DNA of 64,000 bases from the human T2T-CHM13v2.0 reference genome, Homo sapiens. Shown piece by piece: positions 1 through 13,900 of the stretch. The DNA is taken from the NCBI RefSeq assembly GCF_009914755.1, contig NC_060930.1; one strand, given 5' to 3'. Within the stretch, counting starts at the first letter, position 1; each line of letters starts with the position of its first letter. The position numbers and the translations under genes are program-made. The notes beneath the pieces were generated by a model. The model made no database searches. It was not told the origin of the DNA and was given only the letters and a program-made list of their open reading frames with translations.

Positions 1-134
1 TATTATAAGGTAAAACAAATTCTAGCCTTTTTACAAATCACCTAATGTAGCTGCTTGGGAAAGGGCTCTCATCTGCCACTACTTAAGTTTGAAAAGTAAT
101 GTTATGCTTTTCTTTATTTAGTTACTTATTTATT

Positions 135-308
135 TACTTTTGTTAGAGATAGGTTTTTGCTCTGTCTCCCAGGATAGAATGCAGTGGCACAGTCATAGAG
201 TAACCTCACTGTATGTGAGGTTAACCTCAAGCTCTTGGGCTCAAGCAATCCTTCTGCCTTGGCCTCTCAAATTGCTGGGATTATATGCTTGAGCCACTGC
301 AGCTGCCC
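135..308 (-). mobile_element. Old Alu monomer (FAM/FLAM/AluJ-like)
   Basis: ctctgtctcccagg...gcagtggcac...gggctcaagcaatcct...gctgggatta...gagccactgc. Confidence 0.75.
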
Positions 309-1165
309 TATACTTTCATTTATTTAGAAGCAAGTTAATTTGTCAACTTGTCTTGGGGATTATTATTATTCAACAAATTACTCTTTAAGCTGCACATCAA
401 AATAGTATTATTCCCGTAATTTTACATGTGTTGTGTTTCTCATTATTGTTCTGCTCATTTGTATGCTATATAGGACATCAGAGGCAGCTTTTGAGTTTTA
501 AAGAAAGTTCGTCTACATGTGAAGTGGCTAGTGGAGTTGTGATCCTAGAAGTTGTCCTATCAGAACACCATGCTCAGATTTGCATAGTCATCCTCAGCTT
601 TTTTTTATTACAGTCTATTTAAATGATTAAATTTGAATTAATATATATTAAAGTTCTTCAGGAACAGCATTTCTTTATAAAACAGAATAGAAAATAATTC
701 TTATTTTATGCTCAGTTTATGACATGATAAACCAAAAAGAGAACTATGGAAATTGTATATAGCAGTATGGTAATTTAAAGATCACTCATATAAGCTTTTA
801 AAGATTATATATACGTGTGTGTGTGTTTCAGGAGAAAAGTTGTTTCATGTGATAATCTATTCAGGTAAAGTATCCAGGTAAAATGATAAGCAATTGGATT
901 TGTCTTTGGAAGTTTCTAAATGTGATATAGCATAGGAAAACAAATATGGGCAGAAAAATCCCTTAATGTAATTAAATAGCATAGTAACATCCTTACACAC
1001 ATATATAGAGTTTCCGCGTAGTTGGTGCTAGAGACAAGTTGTAACGAATTAAGCCCAAAATTGAACTTCAGGACTTTTGAGTTTACCTATCTACTCTTCT
1101 GCTATGGCTTTGGAGAAATAATCTATTACTCAGAAACTTTAGCTATAAAATGATAACTGTAGTAG

Positions 1166-1674
1166 TGAGGCAAAAGAATAGGCTCTGAAGGCAGGGAACC
1201 TAAGGCCAATTCATGCAAACTTCCTGGAACTAAATTCTAGGACCTTCATTTGCATAAGGTGCCTATTCACACCAGCCTCCGATTGGCCATGAGGCAAACC
1301 TGCACTGTGGCCTATGATTGGTCCATTTTAGGACCTTCATTTGCATAAATAAGGTGCCAATCCAGCTTGTCTTTGATTGGCCATGGGCCAGTTCACTTCG
1401 GCCTCTAATTGGCATGAGCCAGCCCTTCATTTACATAGGGTGTAACCAATGGGAGACCTCTAGAGGGTACTTAAACCCCAGAAGACTTTGCTACCAAGGC
1501 TTTTGAGCCACTTGCTTGGGCCGCTGCCATTCTGTGGAGTGTACTTTCACTACTATTGCCTCCCACTTCAATAAGTCTACACTTTCCTTGCTTGTTTGTG
1601 TGTGCTGTTCAGTTCTGTGTTCAGTGTGCCAAGGACCTGGACAACTCACGATCAGAACCTTCTACCCGGTAACA
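1166..1674 (+). mobile_element. Solo ERV1 LTR, MER51-like
   Basis: Starts TGAGGCAAAAGAATAGG...GGCAGGGAACCTAAGGCC, ends CCGGTAACA; flanks gtag/gtac (degenerate 4-bp TSD); repeated ATTGG and ATTTGCAT modules. Confidence 0.85.
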
Positions 1675-2958
1675 GTACTGAGAAAAATACTGTAAATTTA
1701 TTTAAAATCAACTAGTTCTATAATTTGCAAGTGGCTACTTTTAATTTTCTAATAATTACCTATAGGAAATATTAGGAAAAGGTAATTTCTGTCATCATCA
1801 CCACCAACAATATTTAGTGTGCCTGTAATGCACTAGCCAGGAAAGAGGGAGACTGAGACCGTTGGGGTCTGAAAAGGAGCAAGGACCAACTTCAGGATCT
1901 TCTACCCACTCTGCTGTACTCTTTTTCCAGTAAGGCAGGAATTCTTTTAGCTCAGATCCAGAGGAGAGACTGTGAAATGAAAAATTACAGGGTATCGTTT
2001 ATTCAGTAAGTACTAGATAGAATCATATGAAGTTGCTGTTAATATAGATCAAAAATAGTACAATGTCATGGCAGTTTCATGTAGTCCCATCTAATATTTA
2101 TAGAGCTCTCGGTATGTCCTGGGCATTGTTGTGGGTGCTTAAAGGTATAGAACTTAACAAAATAGACAAAATCCCTGTTTTCCTGGAGTTTGCATTCTCA
2201 GAGAACCTCCAGCCAGACTGCTCTTCGTACCCTAGAGTCAGGTATACCCAACTACCTGCTCTGTGTCTCCCCTTGGATGCCAAATAGGCTCCTCAAACAT
2301 AACATGGCCCAGACCAATCTCCTGGTGGATAAACAATACACTTAGATTTTCTTCCTGCCTTATAGATAGAAATCAGGGCTAGAAGGACCATGAACGACCT
2401 AGCCCAAGATCCATCTTTTCTCTCTTTCTCACTGTCGAGTTAATACAGCCAATAAATAAGATAGTAATTTCTATCACACTAAGTGGTGATTTTTATCTGC
2501 TGAATTGTAAAATGTACCCAGACATGAAAAGGGAGGCTGGTAGACTGCTGAACACAACTATGATGTATTTGCTTTTTCTAATACATTGCGACAAGCTATT
2601 CTGTATCCTTCACTACACATTGTAAATAGCTGAGAGGTGTTATGATTCAGTGAATGAGCTCTGCATAGGGAATCAGCAGACCTAGATTGGAGTTTTAGAT
2701 GTGCTATTGAGGGACTCTGTTACTCAGCTAGCCATCAGCAAATATAAATAAGTTAACTATTCCTACATACTTAAATGATATTGTGAAAATAAATGAGATA
2801 ATTACCAAGTGGTTGGAAAATTTACTCTTGAGGGGTGATAATTGATATATAAAATATAGGTAGTTTTAATATTCAGTTTAATTAATCTTTTTTTTTCTTG
2901 ATTAAGGTACTACAGACTTCAAAACTTTGATATGCTTTAAAGTGTATTAAATTGTCTG

Positions 2959-3263
2959 TTTTTGTTTGTTTGTTTGTTTTGAGATGGAGTTTTGCTTTTG
3001 TTGCCCAGGCTGTAGTGCAGTTGTGCGACCTAGACTCACTGCAACCTCCACCTCCTGGGTTCAAGCTATTCTCCTGCCTCAGCCTCCCAGATTGCTGGGA
3101 TTACAAGCAAACGCCACCACCCCTGGCTAATTTTGTATTTTTAGTAGAGATGGGGTTTCACCATGTTGGCTAGGCTGGTCTCAAACTCCTGACCTCAGGT
3201 GATCCACCCACCTCAGCCTCCCAAAGTGCTGGGATTACAGGCGTGAGCCACCATGCCCAGCCT
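2959..3263 (-). mobile_element. AluS
   Basis: Full dimer; (TTTG)n tail; TSD taaattgtctg on both sides. Confidence 0.93.
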
Positions 3264-4612
3264 AAATTGTCTGATTTAGTCTGTGCTCAGCTTGTTTTTC
3301 CCAACTGTTGTTGGGAAAACATGTTCCCAACATGTTGGGAAGGCATGTTCATGATAATATACTGTTGATATTTTAATTTTTAAGTTAAATTCCTATAAAT
3401 AAATATGAGAAATTTGTTAGGATATTTAAAGCATCTTCTAACCTTTAAAAATATGTGCTTTTAAAAATTATTAGGTTGTAGAATTGGGAAAAAATGCAAT
3501 TTGTCTTATCTTTTTCTATTAGCATGTTTCCAGTGTACAGTTCATTCAAAGGGGGGATAGTGTGGCAAAACAAATTCAGTTTCTTAATGATAAATCACAG
3601 TGAAGTACAGAAGTAAACAGATAACCTGAAGCCAGACAATGAAGTTTACATAGCCCTTCCTTGGCAGAGCCATCTTTCTGCACTGCAGAGAACACAATCC
3701 ATCAATAACTTAATTCAGTTACATTTGGTTATGAGAAAGGAACCACTTTGTTTAGGGGCTTTAATTCTGATCCTTTATCGTCATTCACAAAATGAAGTAA
3801 CCTATCATTACTGTGATGCCTGTAACGTATCACTAAAAGGGAAAAGGGGGAAGCATTTCTCTTCCATCATGGACATTTTCTCAGATATTTCTATAGGGTT
3901 TGATATGCTGCTTCTTTGTATTAAATAATATTTATGTGGTGTTTATGTAGGTAAATGGTTTAATGTTGCAAATTGCAAGGAAAAAAAAAAACACTAAGAC
4001 ATCTGAAAATTCCCCTCTTATCTGTTTTAGGTATCTTTGAACTATATAATAAAACATCTATGCCTATTGAAGTTAAATGACCTGTTACAAAATCATCTTT
4101 TTTATACTTCATATTGGGTAGCATAGCAGTATATTGTAATTTGTATAGTTTTATAAGACTTGCTGAATGTCATAGTAAATACAAATGACTTTATTTAAAT
4201 ATATAGTAATTTGCCTTTTTGACAGAAAACCATGTTTCCCCAAAAACTGCATATTTTAAGCAAATTAAAAATTGCCACTAGATTCTGAATATAGCCTCTG
4301 CTGCTTTTTTAGCATTGCTGCCACTTTAAAATTTTACTCTAGTTTTAGAAGAGATTACTTGTGTTTCTTGGGTAGGTACAGGCCTGTGCAGATCCTCATA
4401 ACATGGTAGAAGGAATGGAGACTTTGAACATGTCATAACAAGGTTTCAGTCCTGACACATCTTACTGTGTGCATTTGAACATTTCACTTAATATTTCGAA
4501 GTCTCAATTTCCTAGGCTGTAAAATAGGGATATTCACACCACCTTTGCCTAGTTATTAGGAGAATCAAATGAGGTAATCTATGTTGTACTTTTCCATTGC
4601 CTGGTATATAAA

Positions 4613-4915
4613 TTTTTTTTTTTTTTTTTTTTTTGAGACGGAGTGTCACTCTGTCGCCCAGGCTGGAGTGCAGTGGCACAATCTTGGCTCACTGCAACCT
4701 CCACCTCTGGGTTCAAGCGATTCTCCTGCCTCAGCCTCCCGAGTAGCTGGGATTACAGGCGCCCACCACCACGTCCAGCTAATTTTTGTGTTTTTAGTAG
4801 AGATGGGGTTTCACCATATTGGCCAGACTGGTCTCAAACTCCTGACCTCAGGTGATCCACCCACCTCAGCCTCCCAAAGTGCTGGATTTACAGGCATGAG
4901 CCACTGCGCCCAGCC
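4613..4915 (-). mobile_element. AluSx-like
   Basis: Full dimer with poly-T. Confidence 0.93.
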
Positions 4916-4919
4916 ATAA

Positions 4920-6270
<1,351 letters not shown>

Positions 6271-7292
6271 TGTAAATTCTCTTAAAAAAATAAATTAGCC
6301 ATCTGTCAGCTAACATACGTTTTTTCTAATTCTTGATACAGTTTTTTTTTTTTTTTGGATACATTTCTCTCTTGATCTCCTTCAGAGGCAGCCCTTAGGG
6401 AATTTAGTCTCACCAAGTGTGAACTATTGGCTCCTGACCTTTAGAAAAGAAACAAACCCTCGCCTACAACAGGAGGCTTATAGATCCATGTTTTTTTTGT
6501 CCTTGAAATTGTACAGGAACAGTCTGGCTTGTCACAGTAAATTAAAACTTCATCTCATCACATTTGTCATTTCAAGGCACGGTATAGTCTTCTATTATTT
6601 ATTGCTAGCTTTAAAAATTTTATGTAATTTTGTTCTTTTGGTTGTCTGTTATGTAGTAATGCTTAGATGACTAGAAGATAACATGTAATCTAATAAGTGA
6701 AACATCTCAGGATATTGTTGTGACTTTGTGAAAATAATTTAATCCTTCAGCAATTTAGTTTAAGAGTTATTCTGGAGCTAATTTGATAATTAACAGTGTA
6801 AGTAGAAGTGTGCTAAAGATCTTGTTTTTTTTGTAAAGGTTGATTAATTTTGACATTGATAGAAAAAGGTATATTTTAATATGCTATGAGTAACCACTAG
6901 AGGGTAGCCCTGGGTAACCAATTGCCCATTTGCTGCTTATTTAAGTTGTCCTGACACAGAAAGACTGAAAATAAAGGTGGGCATGGGGAGGGAGGGTGCA
7001 GATAAAAGCAAGGGGAATTTAAAAGAAACTTGGAGTGACAATGTTATACAAAATGCAGTACAAGGAGAAAAGTATTAAAATGGACAAAGTTATATTTTTA
7101 TATGTGATAAAAGGTATAGTCTACTAATATAAGGCAATTCTAAACCTTTATGCACCCAGAAACATATTGAAATATATCAATATATAAAAATATTTAAATG
7201 TTTATATAAAAATATTGCTTTTCTTAACATTTGTAGGATTAAGGAGTTATATTTTGCAGTCTTCTTGGTAGCTCTTCAAAACCCTAGACTTT

Positions 7293-7440
7293 GCTGGGTG
7301 CAGTGGCTCATGCCTGTAATCTCAATGAGGCTCAAAGGCCTCATGCCTTTGAGAGGCCCAGGACAGAGGGTTGCTTGAGGCCAGGAATTTGAGACCTGCC
7401 CCGGCATCATAGCAAGATCTCCTGTTTACAAAAAATAAAA
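7293..7440 (+). mobile_element. FLAM/Alu left monomer
   Basis: gctgggtgcagtggctcatgcctgtaat...ttgcttgaggccaggaatttgagacc...A-rich tail. Confidence 0.8.
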
Positions 7441-7511
7441 TTAGTTAATTAATTGAAAGTTTTAAAACCTTAGACTCATTGCACATAATAGTTTTACTAG
7501 GTTATGAGTAG

Positions 7512-8009
7512 TGTAGGGGAGAAAAGATTTTTTCTTTACCCATCTTTAGGTTCATGGCTGAGGTCCTATAGCAAAAGACAGATTAATAAGAGAAATGCAT
7601 ACAAATTTATTTCATATGGGTTTTGTATGACATGGGAACCTTCATAAGGATATGAAAACTCAAACAGGAAAAACTTTTTATGCTTAGTTTGATGACAAGT
7701 GGTCATAGGGAAGTATGATAAGATAAAAGGGATATAATCTAATAAACTGGGGAGAAGCTTGCAAGGCCTATTTGTTCACATTCTTCTCTGTATCCCTGTG
7801 TCTTCAGCGATAAGGACATTTCTTTCCTCCAGGGCATCTCTGGAATGAAGTTCTTACTGAGAAGAGAGGTCAAAGAATTCTTTCAAGGTTTTATAACCTG
7901 CTTTAGGGGAGAAGGGTCGAGGGGATAATGAGAGTGATTTTTCTGCTTTTGCTATTTCCTGAAATACCAAAGTGCCATATTTTGGAATAGCATGTTTTGA
8001 ACCCCATCT
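7512..8009 (-). mobile_element. Solo ERV1 LTR, MER34/MER39-like
   Basis: Minus strand starts (a)gatggggttcaaaacatgctattccaaaatatggcactttgg; 4-bp TSD gtag (7508-7511, 8010-8013). Confidence 0.75.
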
Positions 8010-9134
8010 GTAGTATCTTTAGACATCTTTTTGATGATCAAGTTAGATTTTTAAAATTCTATCAAAATAGGCAATACTTGAAAATATTCACTGTTGAGTA
8101 AAGTGGCCAGATAATGAGTTCTAGAAAAACAACTATGAAAGAAAAAAAAATAAAAGGGAGGTGGGGACAGAAAATAAATCTGGGAAAATAAGTAAATAGG
8201 GTGAAACTAATCTAGTAAAAGTGAAATAAATTTGCATTTAATTCCTCAAAACATTTTTAAAAATCATAATTCTTGTTTCTGTGAAGAAAAGGCAGCTTCT
8301 CTCTAGATTAGCTCTGATCAGCTAATTGTGCAGTCTCTGAATGCAGTATTGGATGATGTTCTCAGTTTTCTTGTTTCTGTGGAGTGAAAAGACCATTTAT
8401 TCAAGCTGAGCCAACTATCTGGGACTAGCAAATTCTACATCACTCGGCGTACTCCTGTGGTTTTCTGGTGATACTTGTTTTATGTTGGCTCCTTTTCTGC
8501 TACTGAGGTAGAGACTAAATTGACCACCTTTTAAGGATTACTAAATCTAGTCTTTTCGGCTAGAAGTATGTGATTAGTAAATGTTTTACTTCCTAAGTGA
8601 AGGGTTGTCTGTGGTTTCTATCTCAAATTTTGGCAAATTATATTTGGAAGTTTAATAAATTTTCATTGCTGTTACATCAGTGGCATTCATATCAATGAAT
8701 AAAGCAGATTTTTCTAAAACAAGGTGAAAGTTTTATCATTAATATATCGTTAATAGTAGGCATACGTGTCTGAACAGATAGCTGATGAAAATTATCTCCC
8801 GTAGAACTCCCCCTGACCGTTTCCTCCAGGTTGAACTGTTGAAGGCCTCTATTTAAATAGTATGTTAAGTTATAGTATTCAGGGGCAGGAACTTACTTGC
8901 TAAATCTTTTTTTGGCACTGAAAGTTAACAGAGAAGTATGTCATAAGATTAGCTTTCAGTCCTCTGGTGGGGATGACCCTATGAACATACAGTCCAAAAA
9001 AGATTCCTAACAGTTCAGCCAAGTAAACATTCATTGAGCAGCTGCAATTTGCTAGGTTTTGTGCTACACACAGGGTTTAAAGAAGTGAACAAGAGGCGCA
9101 TGAACTAGGCAACCCAGGGTCTAAGGCCTTCCAG

Positions 9135-9306
9135 ACCAGCATCCCATGTAGCTGGGACTACAGGCATGGGGCAACATGCCTAGCTAATTTTTTAAATTTT
9201 TTGTTTCACTATGTTGCCCAGGCTGGTCTCAAACTCCTGGACTCAAGCAGTTCTCCTGCCTCAGCCTCCCAAAGTGCTGGGATTAGAGGTGGGAGCCACC
9301 ATGCCT
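9135..9306 (-). mobile_element. Partial AluJ
   Basis: gtagctgggactacagg...tgttgcccaggctggtctcaaactcctgg...ccaaagtgctgggatta. Confidence 0.8.
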
Positions 9307-9965
9307 GTTAGAAAGGTTTTTTTTCTAACTCACTTAGAAACTGGAACTTAGGGTTAGACCCTCTGTTCCTTGTTTTACTATCAAATAATGGCTGCACTAG
9401 GTAAGGTCTGAAGCCTGTTCCAGCTTTTAAATCCTAATTCTAACTGGTAAGAAAACTAAATTTCCTAAGGCTCCAGATCAAGTTGCTAGTTTAATAAGCA
9501 ATGGCGTGTTCTATATCCTTTCCTCTCCATTTGTATACTTCCTTTTCTCTGAATTTGTACTTCAGTTCCTTGTCGTGTCCTCAACTTGATAATTATAGGA
9601 AGTTGGAATGTGAAGAAAACTGGCCATTTGAAAGCATACTGAAACACTATTTAATATTTTTTAGTTCAGACTTTTAACTTCAAGTTTGCCATATTTTATT
9701 ATTCTAAAGTTCTGTTAAATTAGAAACTGGATAAGTAATATGAGTGACTTGTTAGAGTTACTATTTCTTTAAATAGTAGATAACTTTTCTCTGGTTTTCA
9801 TTGAAATCAGAAACACTTTGTTTAACCGTGGTTCAGTGCGACTTTCAGATGGCCCTTGAAGCAACTGAGTGACAGTGGGGAAGCAGCCTGTAGTTGAATG
9901 GATAACTGATAGTTGGTTATCTGTGTTTATTTCTGTTCTCCATTTATAATTTTATAATATTTTCT

Positions 9966-10971
9966 TTATTATTATTATTATTATTATACTTTAAGTTTTA
10001 GGGTACATGTGCACAATGTGCAGGTTAGTTACATATGTATACATGTGCCATGCTGGTGTGCTGCACCCATTAACTCGTCATTTAGCATTAGGTATATCTC
10101 CCAATGCTATCCCTCCCCCCTCCCCCCACCCCACAACAGTCCCCAGAGTGTGATGTTCCCCTTCCTGTGTCCATGTGTTCTCATTGTTCAATTCCCACCT
10201 ATGAGTGATAACATGTGGTGTTTGGTTTTTTGTCCTTGCGATGGTTTACTGAGAATGATGATTTCCAATTTCATCCATGTCCCTACAAAGGACATGAACT
10301 CATCATTTTTTATGGCTGCATAGTATTCCATGGTGTATATGTGCCACATTTTCTTTTTTTTTAAATTATTATTATTATACTTTAAGTTTTAGGGTACATG
10401 TGCACAGTGTGCAGGTTTGTTACATATGTATACATGTGACATGCTGGTGCACTGCACCCACTAACTCGTCATCTAGCATTAGGTATATCTCCCAATGCTA
10501 TCCCTCCCCCCTCCCCCCACCCCACAACAGTCCCCAGAGTGTGATGTTCCCCTTCCTGTGTCCATGTGTTCTCATTATTCAGTTCCCACCTATGAGTGAG
10601 AATATGCGGTTTGTTTTTTGTTCTTGCGATAGTTTACTGAGAATGATGGTTTCCAATTTCATCCATGTCCCCATAAAGGACATGAACTCATCATTTCTTA
10701 TGGCTGCATAGTATTCCATGGTGTATATGTGCCACATTTTCTTAATCCAGTCTATCATTGTTGGACATTTGGGTTGGTTCCAAGTCTTTGCTATTGTGAA
10801 TAATGCCGCAATAAACATACGTGTGCATGTGTCTTTATAGCAGCATGATTTATAGTCCTTGGGGTATATACCCAGTAATGGGATGGCTGGGTCAAATGGT
10901 ATTTCTAGTTCTAGATCCCTGAGGAATCGCCACACTGACTTCTACAATGGTTGAACTAGTTTACAGTCCCA
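9966..10971 (-). mobile_element. Composite 5'-truncated L1PA: two tandem 3' ends (L1PA3/4-like and L1PA2-like)
   Basis: Two copies of tail + 3'UTR + ORF2 end (period 388 bp); ORF 10579-10935 is the ORF2p C-terminus (...IFSLIGGN); 22-bp TSD at 9944-9965 and 10978-10999. Confidence 0.95.
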
Positions 10972-13900
10972 TGAATATTATAATTTTATAATATTTTCTA
11001 GAATGTAGAAGACTAGGATTTTAATTTCAGGTTTCCCATTAAGTAACTGAAATAACTATCCACTTGACTTCTGGAAACCTTAGTTTCCTCATTTATAAAA
11101 TACAAATATCTAATTTGCATACCTTACAGTTAGTGAAAAGTCCAGGAAGAATCATCTTGTTAAACACTAAAGATCTGTAGAAATGTAAGCTACTGTTGTT
11201 GAAACATCACTAAGTGTTACCCTGGTTTTTTTTGTTTTTGTTTTTGTTTTTCTTTTTGCTAATAACAGTAGTGCATTTGTACTCAATTCCCCATTAGGAA
11301 TTTAGAAATTTTATTTATTAAATATCTGACTGAATATAATAGATATAGTTAGAATGATGCAAATCACAGAGCCCCAGGTGACAAATAGCCCTCAAATCTT
11401 GTTTTCTGAGTCTATTTGGGTATACTGAAAAAGATGAAACAAACCCACTAGCCAGCCTACCTCCAGTATTCCTGAACAGATAGCTCTCCATTTTCCTCTG
11501 ATGATTATGGCAGAGCCTTTGATACACAGCTGACCTTTCTTTTGATCTATTGACATCACTGAAAATGGTCTGCTTAATGAGTGGCCACATCAGTTTACAT
11601 AAGGTTATTCTATTTAATACTTATTCTGTGGATTTTTGGCATTTCACTATTTCCATTTTCTGAAAACAATGTGGTCAATGAAAATTTTAAAACTGTGTCT
11701 TGACCTTGCCCCATGGGAAATTTGAGAAAGAAATTCTGTATACTATGGAGTCCAGAACTGAAAATGTTCTCCATGACTTCAGGGGAAGAGATTAAGAAAT
11801 GAAGATGAAGAACATATGTCCTGCTTTTTTGGATGGAACCTTCATAATAGGTGAAATTTTTACAATTTTTAACACCTTTTCAGGGGAACTCCCAGGAGTC
11901 TTCAGAGATATATTTGATTATAAAATGAACTATTTTATAAATTTCACCTTTCAAAAATGGCACAAACTAGTTTCTACAAATTTTATACACATAATTGTAG
12001 CATATAATACATACTTACAGTTTAGTCTACAAAGAGATTGAGGTAACTTATAATTGCCTAACATAATTCAGCTAGTAGGTGGCAGAGTTAGAACCAAAAT
12101 CTGTGTTATCTCTGTAACACTTTGCTGCTTCACAAGCCTGTAAACAGTTCTCACCGATGAGAAATGAATTAACTCTTACAGAGCAGAAAAAGGAATATTT
12201 AATACACCATAGGAGGTAATTTGCTGAATTAGAGTAACAAAAGCAGTGTTTTCCAGCTGTGTTACAGACTTCAAATTGCTTAACTGATTTTTTTAAGCTC
12301 CTATGAGGAGTTAGAGAGAGTAACTAGATGCAGATTTTTCTAATGAAGAAGCTGGAGGCAAAATATAAGTAATTTAAGTGATATTAAACAACACACCGGG
12401 TTTGACCTACTCAAGATAGCTTTTCCTAGTTAATAGTAAAACTGACAACCTTGGTAATGTTAGTAACTCTAAAGTATTGAGTGCTTACTATTTTTTAAAG
12501 AAAAGTGGAGCTGTACATTACAGTAGTTAAAGTGGTAAAAACAGATTTTATTCAGGAACTACTGTAATAGGGGAAGAGAGACCTTAGTATAGAACAGGGT
12601 TCAATTCTGAATACAGCATAGACCAGTGGGGATTTATAGCCAAAGAGCAAGGTGGCATTAATGGATGAAAAATTACGGAGATGAAAGAAACTTAAGGAGT
12701 GGGGAGATTGTGGTTAAGCCAACCTAAAATGATTCTTGCTCAAGACAGGCTGAGTGATGAGATACCAAGGCGGGTGTTGGAGAGTGCAGGGATGCGGAAT
12801 TTGATTAGATACCGAGGGTGATCAAATATTGAAGGTGAACAGATAGTGAGGGTAGGGGGTTCTCTCTAAACTGACTGCAAGATTCTTACTACAACTGTGC
12901 TACACAAAATTGAAACCAAAGGTCAAGGCCTGGTTGAGAAGAGGATTCCGAGGAGCCTGACTTAAGTTTGGCCAAGGAGGGCATCTTGTCAGTTGCTCCT
13001 TTTGTTCAAGGAAATAAAGCATTATTCTCTTCTCTCAGCAATCTAAGTCCATCTTGTGTTCAGTTCCTTTTCAGTAAAGACGAGCTGAACCATCTGTTGA
13101 GACTTCTTAATGTCTTGAGATCATGGGTAGAACTTATGCCCAGTTCGTGTAGCTGTTCTTTCTATCTAAGTCACCACCTGAGTAACCAAGATCACCTACA
13201 ACAGAACCTATGATGTTCTGGATACCTCTTTTGCTCTCATAGTGAGAGTGAGGTCAACTGGAGGGAGTGGGTGATTGTTTTAGAGATAACTTTAAAAAAG
13301 GAGAGAAATTGTGGGGAATCAAGTAGATGAAGGGATTAGTAAGATTAGAGAGGTAGCGAGATCCATTCCAGTTGGCTGGTAACAGCTAATAGGTTTGAGT
13401 TCCATAGACTGAATAAGAATCATTGAGCGCTAGCCTGGAGTCATAAGATAATTATCTGATGGCTGAAGGTGACCAAAGAATAAACATTTCGATGATTGAG
13501 AAAGGATTTTTTGGAGGTGGTCTGTGTGTGGTTGGGTTGGGTGAGAGAAATTAGGCTGAGAGGGGAAGTGGGGACATTTCCATTCGTGTGAGAGATGTCC
13601 AGGAACCTGTAGTGGCTTGGAGGCATTATGTTACATTTAATGATGGCTGGAGAAGTGTAATGACAAATACTTGTTCCCAGAAAAGAATTGATGGTAAAAT
13701 TATGATGGGAGTGGACATGACCCTTGCAAGGATAGACTGGAGTATATTCAGAGGTTTTTCTCACAATGGGTATTTGTCTGGTTTAAAATGGTGGAAGAAA
13801 AGAGAGGGAAGGTAGAGCAAAATAGGAATTCTGATTTCTCACAGGAATCTTGGAAATGCCAGGTGTGCGCACAGGAAAGGAAGCACAGTACCCTCAGTCT

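Noticed and set aside
10579-10935. 118-aa ORF with clear protein-like sequence
   Set aside because: C-terminus of L1 ORF2p in a 5'-truncated element, not an independent gene.
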